A stretch of DNA of 64,000 bases from Terriglobia bacterium. GTDB lineage: Bacteria > Acidobacteriota > Terriglobia > 2-12-FULL-54-10. Under the pieces are notes generated by a model. It saw only the letters and a program-made list of their open reading frames with translations, was not told the DNA's origin and made no database searches. A program made the position numbers and the translations under genes. The stretch covers positions 32,001 to 96,000 of the forward strand of contig CAXVYR010000002.1 in assembly GCA_963666975.2 (NCBI GenBank), given 5' to 3'. The stretch's first letter is position 1, and each line of letters starts with the position of its first letter. Positions 20,571 through 30,563 of this stretch are shown piece by piece.

Positions 20571-21488
20571 TCAGTCCGTGGCGGCTTGTTCCATGGCCAG
20601 TCCTCCGGGCGAGGGACGATCCTCGGCGGCATCCTCCTCCGAGGTGGTCAACTCCCACAGCGAGCGGTCTTTCACCAGTTTGAGGACCAGGGCGGTATGC
20701 ATGGCGTGCCCGGCGCGTTCCGCCACCACGTGGGCACGCAAAGGGTAGCCGATCAAGGCGAGGTCGCCGATCAAATCCAGAACCTTGTGGCGGCAACATT
20801 CGTCGGGAAAGCGCAGGCCCTCGTCGTTCATCAGGGAATCACGGGTGAACACCACGGCGTTGGCAAGCGACCCTCCGCGCACCAGGCCCATGTCTTTCAT
20901 CTGCGGAATCTCGTCCAGGAATCCGAACGTCCGGGCGGGAGCAATCTGTTGGGTAAAGCTCTCGGCGGAGAGATCGATCTCCATCGACTGGCGTCCGACC
21001 ATCGGGTGCCGGAAATCAATGCTGCTGCTGATGCGAAACCGGCGGTGCGGGAAAATCGCAATGCGCTTGGCCCCGTCGACCACCTCCACCGGCCGGAGAA
21101 CCTTCAAATAGCTGCGCGGCGCGCGCTGGCGGCGGCGTCCGGCTTGCCGCAACAAGTCGACAAAAGGCTTGCTGCTGCCGTCCAGGATGGGCAGTTCCAG
21201 AGAGTTGAGCTCAACCACAGCGTTGTCGATGCCAACCCCCGTCAAGGCAGAGAGTATGTGCTCCGTGGTCGATATCAAAACTCCCTTGCGCATGAGGCTG
21301 GTAGCGTAACTGACCCGGGCAATGTGCTTCCAAGAGGCGGGAATCTCAAAATTTTCCAGGTCCGTGCGCCGGAACACAATCCCCTTGTTAGCCGGCGCCG
21401 GGGCAAGGCGGACTCGGCAGGGAGCGGCACTGTGCAGTCCGATGCCGGAGAACTCGACGGGCTTGTTAATGGTGTGTTGATAGTCCAA
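20571..21488 (-). CDS. lpxC: UDP-3-O-acyl-N-acetylglucosamine deacetylase (start approximate)
   Basis: GIGLHS, TEHILSAL, PILDGS, IAPARTFGF, RHKVLDLIGDL, GHAMH. Confidence 0.95.
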   Translation of the reverse strand: MDYQHTINKPVEFSGIGLHSAAPCRVRLAPAPANKGIVFRRTDLENFEIPASWKHIARVSYATSLMRKGVLISTTEHILSALTGVGIDNAVVELNSLELPILDGSSKPFVDLLRQAGRRRQRAPRSYLKVLRPVEVVDGAKRIAIFPHRRFRISSSIDFRHPMVGRQSMEIDLSAESFTQQIAPARTFGFLDEIPQMKDMGLVRGGSLANAVVFTRDSLMNDEGLRFPDECCRHKVLDLIGDLALIGYPLRAHVVAERAGHAMHTALVLKLVKDRSLWELTTSEEDAAEDRPSPGGLAMEQAATD

Positions 21489-21790
21489 GTTCGCTTGTTC
21501 ATCTCCTCGCCGCAAAGAATCACAATTACTTATAGCAATTGAGAATCCATTTCAATGAATAATTAACTTGTTCATTATAAGACAATTAAAATTGTAAGCA
21601 ATGAACAATAGTTGTATTTTTACAACAAAGTGTATCTTCAAATCAAACTTTTGGTCAGTCCACTATTTGATACATAGAATTAGGCAAGTTGTATGCTGGC
21701 AACAGGTTCACTCGCCGGATGAAGAAATGACCCTAACCAGCACCGCAACAGCCAACGAAAAAACCGCTAAGATTTAAGATGTGGCGGACC

Positions 21791-23242
21791 CTACAGAATC
21801 GGGGCAAACAAAATGTGGATGGCTGCCACCAGGCACGGGAAGATCAGCGTCGCGACCACGCCTACGCGAATCATATTTTTCATTTCGATCTGTCCAGAGG
21901 CGAAAGCAGTGCCTGCCGCCGCGCCCGCCCAGGGTAGCATGATCCCCACAGCCACGTTGGCGATCAGCATGGCCATCGAGGCCGGGTTGAAGCCGACCTG
22001 CTGGGCGCCGGGGATCAAGATGCTTCCGAAAAAGGAGGTGGCGGCAGATCCGGAGAAGAAGTTGGTTCCGAAGGCCACCAGGTAGGCGGAAAAAAACGGC
22101 ATTCCATACGGGCCCATGCCCAGCCCGGATATCCACCCCCCAATAAATTTGACGAGGCCAAAGTCAACCAGCGTGCCGGCTATCGCCACCGCCGCGGTTA
22201 CCAAAAGCAAGATATCCCAGGGCGAGTGCTGGACCGCCTCGCGCCAGTTCAACACGAACTCGTTCTTCCGCCAATTCACCGGGACCGAGAACAAAAGCAC
22301 TAAAACCACCACCGGCACCGCCCAGATGGAGAGGACCGAGTTGGTCCATTGCGTGACCGGGTGGACGGAGCCCAGTGTCAGACCGATGAGAGTGGGCAGC
22401 GTGAAGAGCAAGACCATCGTGAGGAAGATAAACAGTGTGCCACGTTCGCCGGGGGTCAGGGGACCCAGCTTCGCGCGCTCCTGGCGAAAAAGATCTCCCC
22501 CGCCGGGGATAACAGTAATTTCCGGCGGCAGAAAGAATCGCAGGATAAAAAAATACACGGTGAGGGTGACAAGAAAAATGGGCACCCCGGCCAGCATCCA
22601 GTTAAACCAGCCGAACGTCCTTCCGATAGTTTCTTCCAGCAGGGCCACGGCCAGGGCATTGTGAGGAAGCCCTGCAATAGTGGCTTTGCCGCCAGCCTGG
22701 GTGCCGTACAGGGTTCCCAGTGCCATTAAAGCGCCGAATTGGGACTTTCCGGAGCCGGAGGCTCCCACGAGGGTTCTGATAGAGGACACCAGCGCCATCC
22801 CCATGGGGATCATCATGGCCACGACGGCGTTGTCGGAAATGAAGGCTGAGATCAGCCCGGATGCCATCATGAACCCAAACACCAGCCGGTGGGTGTGCCC
22901 GCTCAGCCATCGGAAGGAGAGGAACCAAAGGGCGAAACGCCTGGCTAATCCATGACGCTGCATGGCGTAGCCCATCAGCGAGGTTCCCCAGATAAAGAAA
23001 AAGATATTTTGTCCGTAGAGTCCTGCCGTCCGGCCAACCGTCATGATTCCGATGACGGGAAACAAAATCAGGGGAAGCAATGAGGTAACCGCCCAGGGGA
23101 CTGGCTGCGTCATCCACCACAGGATCACCCAACCGAAGACTGCCATCACAAGCTGAGCCTTCGGCTCCAGCCCTTCCAGCGGTAGCACGTAGAGCAGCAA
23201 AAAGGCGGACGGGCCAGAGGCGAACTGAGCGAACAGCTTCAT
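21791..23242 (-). CDS. SLC13/DASS-family transporter (paralog 1)
   Basis: WWMTQPVPWAVTSLLP, ISDNAVVAMMIP, many TM helices. Confidence 0.9.
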   Translation of the reverse strand: MKLFAQFASGPSAFLLLYVLPLEGLEPKAQLVMAVFGWVILWWMTQPVPWAVTSLLPLILFPVIGIMTVGRTAGLYGQNIFFFIWGTSLMGYAMQRHGLARRFALWFLSFRWLSGHTHRLVFGFMMASGLISAFISDNAVVAMMIPMGMALVSSIRTLVGASGSGKSQFGALMALGTLYGTQAGGKATIAGLPHNALAVALLEETIGRTFGWFNWMLAGVPIFLVTLTVYFFILRFFLPPEITVIPGGGDLFRQERAKLGPLTPGERGTLFIFLTMVLLFTLPTLIGLTLGSVHPVTQWTNSVLSIWAVPVVVLVLLFSVPVNWRKNEFVLNWREAVQHSPWDILLLVTAAVAIAGTLVDFGLVKFIGGWISGLGMGPYGMPFFSAYLVAFGTNFFSGSAATSFFGSILIPGAQQVGFNPASMAMLIANVAVGIMLPWAGAAAGTAFASGQIEMKNMIRVGVVATLIFPCLVAAIHILFAPIL

Positions 23243-23293
23243 GAAAAGCTCTCTTCAGATGGAACGCTCCCCGGTCATGGGCAGCAAGTCTAA

Positions 23294-23598
23294 GAGGTTG
23301 TTGGAAAACTGGTGTGTGGGTCCGCTTGCTAACCCCTCGGCTTCGCTCCCTTCGGCTATGCTCCCTTAGGGTTCGCTCAGGGCAGGCAGGACAGGCGCGC
23401 GCGGCTCGGCAAGTACAGCCCAATCAGCACGCCCATTCCAAGCCGCGACCGCCCTGCGGTCCAGAGGCCTTCGTCTTGCGGCCCAAAGCCTACAGGCGAC
23501 GGGTCGGGCGGTGGGCCGTGAGGATCCCCCATCGCGCCGAAAGCGGCGCGTTGGGGATCTCGTGAGGGAGCGGAGAAATGGCGTTTTTCAACAACCTG
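23294..23598. mobile_element. MITE-like element with 16-bp imperfect TIRs containing nested REP-like units
   Basis: GAGGTTGTTGGAAAAC ... GTTTTTCAACAACCTG; CTAA at left and (C)CTAG at right; internal repeats shared with 32821-32910 and 52211-52303. Confidence 0.75.
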
Positions 23599-23651
23599 CC
23601 TAGGAATACGGCGCATGATCGCTCCGTTTCATGCGGCATTCTGCAGCTTCT

Positions 23652-24857
23652 CTAGGAACCGCCGCCGTTTTTTTGAGGCGGTTTGAGCGTAACAATAATC
23701 ACGAAGGAAACCACCAGCAGCACGGCAGCGATATCAAAGGCTCGCGTGTAACTCTGGAGTTGATCGTAGATCCGCCCTCCGAGTTTGGGTCCGAGGATTC
23801 CCGCCACTCCCCAGGCCAGAAAAACCAGCCCGTAGTTGGTGCCCACGTTCTTGGCTCCGAAAAAATCAGCCGTTGTGGAAGCATAGACGGAAAGCTGCGT
23901 GCCGTAGCAGTAATAGACGATAAAAAGAATGGGCCACAGCAGCAAGAGCGAATCTATGCGGCCCAGCAGCGGCAGCGTAACCGCAGAGATGAACACCATC
24001 AAAGACAGGGTTTTGATGCGGCCGATTGAATCGGAAAGCCAGCCCGAAAAAATGCGTCCTGCGGCATTCCCAAACGCGCCAATGGTCACCGCGGTGCCTG
24101 CAATCGCCACGCCCACTCCGGGAATCGCCTCCTGCGCGTAGGGAAGCAACTGGCTGATCACCATCAGTCCGGCGCTGGTCCCGAGCGCATAGGCCACGAG
24201 CAACCGCCAGAACTGGGAGGTCGCGAGCATCTCTCTGGGCGAAAAGCTCGCGCCCGACGCGCTGGGCGAGCCCGGCGCCGGGTTCCATCCTGGAGGAGAC
24301 CATCCGGAAGGTGGATTTTTCAATAGCTGCGCAGCAATCATCGTTGCCACGAAAAAGAAGATGCCCAGCCCAAACATCACCGGCCGCCAGCCATGCTCGG
24401 CAATCAGCCCTGGAACAATCGGACCCAGAATGGCGGAACCCCCTCCGAAGGCCCCGATACTGATCCCCAGCACCAGGCCGCGCCGGTCCGGGAACCATTT
24501 GGTAATCACGCCGATCGGCGTCACATAGCCAAACCCGGCGCCGATGCCGACGACGAGCCCGAAGGCAAGGTACATTCCCGTAAGGTCAGTCGCGCGGCTG
24601 GTCAGCAAGAATCCCGCCCCAAACAAAATGCTGCCGATCAGGGAAACAATGTAAGGGCCTTTTTTGTCCTGCAGGCGCCCCCCGATCAAGAAGCAGAGGG
24701 CAAAGACGGCAACGGCGATGGAAAAAATATTGGATGCCTGTTCCCTGCTCAGATTAAGGTCCTGCTGCAACGCCGGGACAAATAAGCTCCAGCCGTAAAG
24801 CGCGCCGAGTGAAAGATTCATCAATACTCCGCCGAGAACGCAATACCATCGATTCAT
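23652..24857 (-). CDS. OFA (oxalate/formate antiporter)-family MFS transporter
   Basis: LGALYGWSLF, GGRLQDKKGP, KWFPDRRGL, DFFGAKNVGTNYG. Confidence 0.9.
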   Translation of the reverse strand: MNRWYCVLGGVLMNLSLGALYGWSLFVPALQQDLNLSREQASNIFSIAVAVFALCFLIGGRLQDKKGPYIVSLIGSILFGAGFLLTSRATDLTGMYLAFGLVVGIGAGFGYVTPIGVITKWFPDRRGLVLGISIGAFGGGSAILGPIVPGLIAEHGWRPVMFGLGIFFFVATMIAAQLLKNPPSGWSPPGWNPAPGSPSASGASFSPREMLATSQFWRLLVAYALGTSAGLMVISQLLPYAQEAIPGVGVAIAGTAVTIGAFGNAAGRIFSGWLSDSIGRIKTLSLMVFISAVTLPLLGRIDSLLLLWPILFIVYYCYGTQLSVYASTTADFFGAKNVGTNYGLVFLAWGVAGILGPKLGGRIYDQLQSYTRAFDIAAVLLVVSFVIIVTLKPPQKNGGGS

Positions 24858-25351
24858 GGACTCCCTCCCTTAATCTCTAAGCTGCGATATAAAAACTGTC
24901 CGGCTGAGCTACTCTTTCCAGGTCTTGCCTTTCAACATCTCGCCTTTTAAGGTCTTCCTGCCCTGCCGTTGGATTTTCACTCCGAGATCAACCCCGGCAG
25001 CTCCAACGGCACGGAGCCGGTTCCGGCACGACCCGCTTTGCTTTCTACCCGCCTGCCTCCGCCCACAAAAGCTGCTTGCACCCATAAATTGCGGCCCACG
25101 GAAATAGAAGTGTTTCGCGCCGGATTGCCGGAAATACTGGCGTGCGCAGGTTACTATACCTTAAGAAAACCATTTTGAAAGCGAAAATCAAAGCCCTGGG
25201 AGCCTGGCAGGATAAACTTTTTAGCATACGCCCGATGACGAACGGACGATCTGAGCTTGAGCCAACGCGCCGGCTGTCATAAAATCTAGGGCCGGACGAA
25301 AGCTAAAGCTGGGAATTTTCCACTGCAACTCCAGCCAGTGAAGAGGTCAAC

Positions 25352-26035
25352 ATGGAGGCGAATCAGATAGTCAGCATGATAAGCGAGCAATGCGCTCGCC
25401 TGAATACTGCCCGGGTCATTACGAGCGATTTAGGACTGATTTGCCAGGCGCGATTTTCCGCCCTCTCTGCGGAAAGCATCCTGTTCGAATTGCTGGACCC
25501 GCCGGAAACAGCCTACTTCCGCCCGCTGTCCCTGTGTGTCGTTTCCTTCAACAGCGGGAGCCGTCACTGCATCTTCCTCAGTTCCGTGATCCACTTCAAA
25601 CAAGATGAAGAATTTCGGATCGGGCAACTGCTTCTCAGAATCCCGTCCGACATCATGGCGGCGGAATCGCGCATCGCGTTCCGCGTGCCTTTGGGCAGTG
25701 ACACCGATTTACGCGTGCGAGTCGTGGATGAGAACGGCAGAACCTGGGCTCCGCAGCCCATAGACATCTCAATGACCGGAATCCAGATTGAGTTCCCTGC
25801 GAACGACGTTCCCGGTTTCCAAACCGATGACCGGCTGCAGGTGGAGTTGCGGATGAAAGACCACGTTGCGCGACTGAAAGGATTTGTGCGCCGTTGCGAA
25901 GGACAAGGCTACGGGTTGATCTTCCCAGAGGTCTTGCGCGGAGCAGAGTTCGACCCGCCAACGGCGCTGCGCGCGATTGTAAACACCCTCGAGAGAAGTT
26001 GGCTGCGCGGCCGGTTACCGCAAGCCTCTCGTTAA
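25352..26035 (+). CDS. PilZ-domain (YcgR-like) c-di-GMP receptor
   Basis: RIAFR (RxxxR) and DISMTG (DxSxxG) motifs. Confidence 0.85.
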   Translation: MEANQIVSMISEQCARLNTARVITSDLGLICQARFSALSAESILFELLDPPETAYFRPLSLCVVSFNSGSRHCIFLSSVIHFKQDEEFRIGQLLLRIPSDIMAAESRIAFRVPLGSDTDLRVRVVDENGRTWAPQPIDISMTGIQIEFPANDVPGFQTDDRLQVELRMKDHVARLKGFVRRCEGQGYGLIFPEVLRGAEFDPPTALRAIVNTLERSWLRGRLPQASR

Positions 26036-26275
26036 CTGGAAATTCCGGCTCCACGGGTTTGATGACATCCAATCCCTGCTGCCCGCGAGCCGGCATGACT
26101 GTGGAAGGCACGCTGAGAACAGTGGCATCCCGCCTTCTTCCCCGATTTTCTCTATTGAAATCTTCTCCAGAAGCTATAGAATGCCATGAGGCGGCTCCAT
26201 AGCCTGGTTCAGCAGCTTGGTTCAACACAAAAAGGCGCAGCCATTGCCGGCGTCCCGATGGGAGGGTAAAAGCTC

Positions 26276-26644
26276 ATGAAGCGAATCGCCATTGCCTCAA
26301 GCTCTTTGGGAATTGGCCTGATAATAATGGTTGCGCTGGCCGGTTCACATCCTGCTTCGGCCCAGCAATCCACTTCGCGCGCTTCCCTTTCACCAGCGCA
26401 GCTAGCGGGCAAAAAACTTTTTTTGCAGCGATGCTCGGTCTGCCATCTGCCGCCCTTGAACGCACCCCAAAACCCTGACCCGAAGCCCTATGGTCCTCTG
26501 CTGAGCGGCTTCGTACGGGGAGGGGACAGAGAAACTCGCGCCCGCAATATTATTCTTAAAGGAACGGCCCGCATGCCGGGCTTCCAGTATGGCTTGAAAC
26601 CGAAGCAAATCGACGCCTTGATCGAATATTTGAAGATCCTATGA
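26276..26644 (+). CDS. Monoheme cytochrome c
   Basis: Signal peptide, CSVCH, distal MPGF. Confidence 0.9.
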   Translation: MKRIAIASSSLGIGLIIMVALAGSHPASAQQSTSRASLSPAQLAGKKLFLQRCSVCHLPPLNAPQNPDPKPYGPLLSGFVRGGDRETRARNIILKGTARMPGFQYGLKPKQIDALIEYLKIL

Positions 26645-26677
26645 GTAAATGCCGAAAAAAAGAACGGAGGATGCCCC

Positions 26678-28495
26678 GTGTCGAAAATCCTTTTGTCAAA
26701 ATTTAAGGCCTTGTTTCTAGCTCCCGCGCTGCTTCTCACCCTGGGACTGTTTGCCGCACAGACCGGCTACTCCGCAGACGCCAGCCTGACGGGCATGGTG
26801 AAATCATCGGGCGGCAATGTACTCGATGGAGTTACCGTCTCGGCCCGGTCCAGCGATAAAACTTATACAACCACCGTGTTCACAGACGAAGCGGGAAAAT
26901 ACTTTTTTCCGCCGCTGGCGGAAGGCAATTACCGGATTTGGGCGCAGGCCGTGGGATTTGAAACCACCCGCGCGGAGCAAACCCTGGACGCCGCCGCAGG
27001 AGTACAGCAGGACTTCGAGCTGAAAACGCTCGCCGATTTCAGCATACAGCTTTCCGGCACCGAGTGGATGGCGGCTTTGCCCGAAGACACTCCGGAGCAC
27101 CGCCGCATGAAGGCGATCTTCCGCAACAATTGCTCCGGATGCCACACGCCCAACTTGGTGCTGCAAAACCGCTTTGATGAGGCCGGCTGGCGCAGCATCA
27201 TCACCTTGATGGAGAAAGTCGGCATCTACGGCAACCCGCCCCGGCCCGACAGAGCGCCGTTTCCTTTCCTGCGCGCCTTCAAGGACGAACTGGCCGCTTA
27301 TCTCGCCGAGATGCGAGGACCGGGGCCTTCCCCGATGAAGTTCAAACCGTTTCCCCGCCCGCGCGGCGAGGCCGCCCAGGTGGTGATCACCGAATATGAC
27401 ATTACGTCCAGCTCCAACACCGACGAATACGTGACCCACGATGGAAGCGACTGGATGGAGGGCACTCCATCCGCATATGAGGCACGCGGGCCGCACGATT
27501 CCGAGGTCGACCCCGACGGCTTCGTATGGATCGCAGACTCGCAGATTGACCGAGTCCGGACGGTCGCCCGGCTCGACCCCCAAACAGGGGAAGTGAAAAA
27601 CTTCAAGCTGGAAGCCCGGCACGGAGTGGCGATGCGGAGCCACGGCATCATTATTGATGAAGATGGAATCGCCTGGTTCAACGCCAACGGCGGCCTGGGA
27701 AAGATCAATACGCGAACGGAGAAAATCGAGTACTTTGAGCCTCCCCGGGGAATGGCGCGGGTGGGAGGAACTATCGACACGGGCACCGACGGCATCATCT
27801 GGGCCTCCTCATCCGCAGGGGCCCTGGCGTTCAATCCGGACACCAATGAATTCACCGAATTCAAATCCATACAGCGCGGCCGCCAGGGACGCACCTACGG
27901 GGTGGCCGTCGATGCGGAAAACAACGGCTGGTGGGCGCAGATGAATTACGACACTGTAGGCAAAGGAAACCTCCGCACCGGCGAAACGACCGAGGTGGTG
28001 TTTGCACCCTTTCCGCATAGCAACGACGCCGTTTCCGCAGCGGACCGCGCGGTATATGAATTGACCGGCGGGGACTGGAACTCCGCGCCTCCCTGGCAGC
28101 AAGCTCCACGCCGCCTCGGCGGAGACAAAACGGGCAACGTCTGGGTGGCGCTGTGGTGGGGCGACCGTCTGGCGAAGATCGACATCCGGACGCACAAGGT
28201 CACCTACTACCCCTACCCCAGTCCGGGGTTTGCCGGGGTTTACGACACCTCGGTGGACCGCAACGGCATGGTCTGGATGAACCTGCTGCACGCCGACCGG
28301 ATCGCCCGGTTCGATCCCGCGACCGAGCAGTGGACCGAATTTCAGCTTCCATCCCTGGGCGCCGAGACGCGCCACATCTCCGTCGATAACCGCAAAGACC
28401 CTGTGGAAGTCTGGACACCTTACTGGAGGACCAGCAAACTGACGCGCTTGCAGTTCCGAACCAAAGCACAGTTACAGGCGCTTGCTCGCCGTTAA
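26678..28495 (+). CDS. Secreted protein: carboxypeptidase-regulatory-like domain + heme c + Vgb/NHL-like beta-propeller
   Basis: Signal peptide, TVFTDEAGKYFF, CSGCH, repeated D..G.VW....RLDP.TG blades. Confidence 0.85.
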   Translation: MSKILLSKFKALFLAPALLLTLGLFAAQTGYSADASLTGMVKSSGGNVLDGVTVSARSSDKTYTTTVFTDEAGKYFFPPLAEGNYRIWAQAVGFETTRAEQTLDAAAGVQQDFELKTLADFSIQLSGTEWMAALPEDTPEHRRMKAIFRNNCSGCHTPNLVLQNRFDEAGWRSIITLMEKVGIYGNPPRPDRAPFPFLRAFKDELAAYLAEMRGPGPSPMKFKPFPRPRGEAAQVVITEYDITSSSNTDEYVTHDGSDWMEGTPSAYEARGPHDSEVDPDGFVWIADSQIDRVRTVARLDPQTGEVKNFKLEARHGVAMRSHGIIIDEDGIAWFNANGGLGKINTRTEKIEYFEPPRGMARVGGTIDTGTDGIIWASSSAGALAFNPDTNEFTEFKSIQRGRQGRTYGVAVDAENNGWWAQMNYDTVGKGNLRTGETTEVVFAPFPHSNDAVSAADRAVYELTGGDWNSAPPWQQAPRRLGGDKTGNVWVALWWGDRLAKIDIRTHKVTYYPYPSPGFAGVYDTSVDRNGMVWMNLLHADRIARFDPATEQWTEFQLPSLGAETRHISVDNRKDPVEVWTPYWRTSKLTRLQFRTKAQLQALARR

Positions 28496-28504
28496 CAGAG
28501 GTGG

Positions 28505-29383
28505 ATGAAGAAAATGGAAAAAAAATCGGAAATTCAGAAATGTGTGGAGCTGTACCGAAGCGGCAGCATCACTCGAAGAGAACTCTTGGGTTCTCTCATC
28601 ACCCTCACAGGCAGCTACGCCGCAGCGCATCTGTTTTTGGAATCGAGCGGGGTGGCGGCCACGCTCATTTCCCAAACAGAGGCCGCAGCCGCCAATGTTT
28701 CCGCCGAGACCGTCCAGTTTCCCTCCGGGCAGGTTCAGATGGAAGGCTACCTGGTAAAACCCCTGGTAAAACCGAAGAATTCGGGCAGGCATCCTGCCAT
28801 CCTGGTGATCCATGAAAACCGCGGCTTGAACGAGCACATCCGCGACGTAGCCCGCCGTTTCGCGGCGGAAGGCTTTGTGGCGCTGGCGCCCGACCTGCTG
28901 TCGCGGGTGGGTGGCACGGGCAGCATGCAGGAACAGCGGGACGCCACCGAAGCGATCGGCCTGCTGCCGGTCTACGGCGTGCTGGATGACCTGCGGGCGG
29001 GCTTCCGATTCTTGGAAAACGATTCGGCCGCGGACCCCCAAAAGATCGCCTCAGTGGGATTTTGCTGGGGCGGGTGGCGCAGTTTCATGCTGGCCACCGT
29101 GGAGCCAAAGCTTTACCGGGCGGTGGTGTTCTACGGCTCCAGCCCCGATTCCGGTTTTGAAAAAATTCAAGCTCCCGTCCTGGCGCACTATGCCCAGTGG
29201 GACAACCGCATCACGGGAAATGCTCTCTGGACCGAGAAAGAGATGAAGCAGGCGGGCAAGCAATATCAGTATCACGTTTACCCGGAATCGGAGCACGCGT
29301 TTTTCAACGATACCAGTCCCCGGCACAACCCGGAGGCGTCCCAGTTGGCATGGAGGAGAACGCTTGAGTTTCTGCGCAGCTAA
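28505..29383 (+). CDS. Dienelactone hydrolase family protein (Tat-like leader)
   Basis: ITRRELL, IHENRGL, GFCWGG nucleophile, HAFFND. Confidence 0.9.
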   Translation: MKKMEKKSEIQKCVELYRSGSITRRELLGSLITLTGSYAAAHLFLESSGVAATLISQTEAAAANVSAETVQFPSGQVQMEGYLVKPLVKPKNSGRHPAILVIHENRGLNEHIRDVARRFAAEGFVALAPDLLSRVGGTGSMQEQRDATEAIGLLPVYGVLDDLRAGFRFLENDSAADPQKIASVGFCWGGWRSFMLATVEPKLYRAVVFYGSSPDSGFEKIQAPVLAHYAQWDNRITGNALWTEKEMKQAGKQYQYHVYPESEHAFFNDTSPRHNPEASQLAWRRTLEFLRS

Positions 29384-29667
29384 TTTGCGCAACCAAAGCT
29401 TCGCAAACTGGGCTTTGCACCACCAAGTTTTACACGACCAGGCAAAACTTCACCTCTTCCTGGAAGCTGCCAACCTCTGCATCTCGCTTGTAGGACCCAC
29501 TGCCTCCGCGGCAAAGCTCGCCATCTCCACAGCCAGTATGTCCTCTACTTGCGCCATGGGAGGCTGCCCCGCCCCCGGCAAGTACTCGAAATGCGTCCGG
29601 CCCCGAAGGATTGCCGTCAGCCTTCCGGCAGCAGGCATCAGATGGAATGGAATCCTGCTAAAAAATA

Positions 29668-29757
29668 TGGCGGAGGAAGGGGGATTCGAACCCCCGAGCG
29701 CCTTTCGACGCTAACGGTTTTCAAGACCGCCGGTTTCAACCACTCACCCATTCCTCC
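29668..29757 (-). tRNA. tRNA-Ser (anticodon UGA), long variable arm, encoded CCA
   Basis: GGAGGAATGGGTGAGTGGTTGAAACCGGCGGTCTTGAAAACCGTTAGCGTCGAAAGGCGCTCGGGGGTTCGAATCCCCCTTCCTCCGCCA. Confidence 0.97.
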
Positions 29758-29767
29758 ATCGCTCATT

Positions 29768-30067
29768 TTACAGCAAGTGGGAGCAGGTCCGCTCAGTACC
29801 TTGCTGTTTGCTGTGGGGACTTTTGTGGGGACCACTGCCCTCTTTCGCACACCTGAAAGGCCGCTCAATATAGAATCGCGCCAGCCTATCAACTGCTGAC
29901 CGCTTGTGCTCCGGTATGGGATGGACGTAACGCCTCGCGGTTGTGATCGTCGAGTATCCCATCAACTCTTTGAGAGTCGGCAGGTCCACCCCCGACATTG
30001 CCATCCGTGAGCCAAAGGTGTGCCGCAGATCGTAAAGCCGAAAAGGTGGCCGAATGTTCGCAGCCAA
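29768..30067 (-). pseudogene. Tyrosine recombinase/integrase C-terminal remnant
   Basis: FRLYDLRHTFGSR...LKELMGYSTITTARRYVHP; N-terminal part missing. Confidence 0.85.
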
Positions 30068-30086
30068 TCATCGGCCTTGTTCCGCG

Positions 30087-30563
30087 TTACGATACAAATT
30101 CAACTAACTGTAAGGATTTTTTTAGGTATAACGGATGGCGTGGATGCCCGCCCTTGGTCAACGAAATACAAAATCCGCGTTTCCCCAATAGAGCAATAAC
30201 CTCTCGGTTTCGCGATCGAAAGCTGCCATGGCATCCCCAAACGAACACGACCTTCTCTGACATACTTCCGGCAGTGACAATCCATCCATCGTTGTCAGGG
30301 CCGACCGGGTCTTTAGCGCTTTTGAGTCGGGTGGGCTTCGTAGCTCGAAAAGCGAATAGGTTGGTCATGTAAAAACCACCAAATCCCCAATCCTGTGTAA
30401 ACTGACGACAACGGCGCATAGTCGGATCGTCGGTGTTCTCGTCTGCAGTTGAGGGATTGAGACCAATAAAATTAAGCCGTGGATTGCTCTTGTTCCATAT
30501 TCGCCAGAGCAGGTATCTATAGGTCCGACAAGGCGAAAATACAGCACCATTCCTGCTATTCAC
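30087..30563 (-). CDS. DUF1643-domain protein
   Basis: AVFSPCRTYRYLLWR, FIGLNPSTADE..DDPT, NLFAFRAT.P, PRHPLY; GTG start overlaps MazG TGA. Confidence 0.9.
   Translation of the reverse strand: MNSRNGAVFSPCRTYRYLLWRIWNKSNPRLNFIGLNPSTADENTDDPTMRRCRQFTQDWGFGGFYMTNLFAFRATKPTRLKSAKDPVGPDNDGWIVTAGSMSEKVVFVWGCHGSFRSRNREVIALLGKRGFCISLTKGGHPRHPLYLKKSLQLVEFVS

Noticed and set aside
20151-21542. 463-aa + strand ORF
   Set aside because: Antisense shadow of lpxC and the GGCT gene; no recognisable motifs.
26040-26180. Possible substrate-binding-protein fragment (DATVLSVPST...)
   Set aside because: Too short and degraded to support a call.
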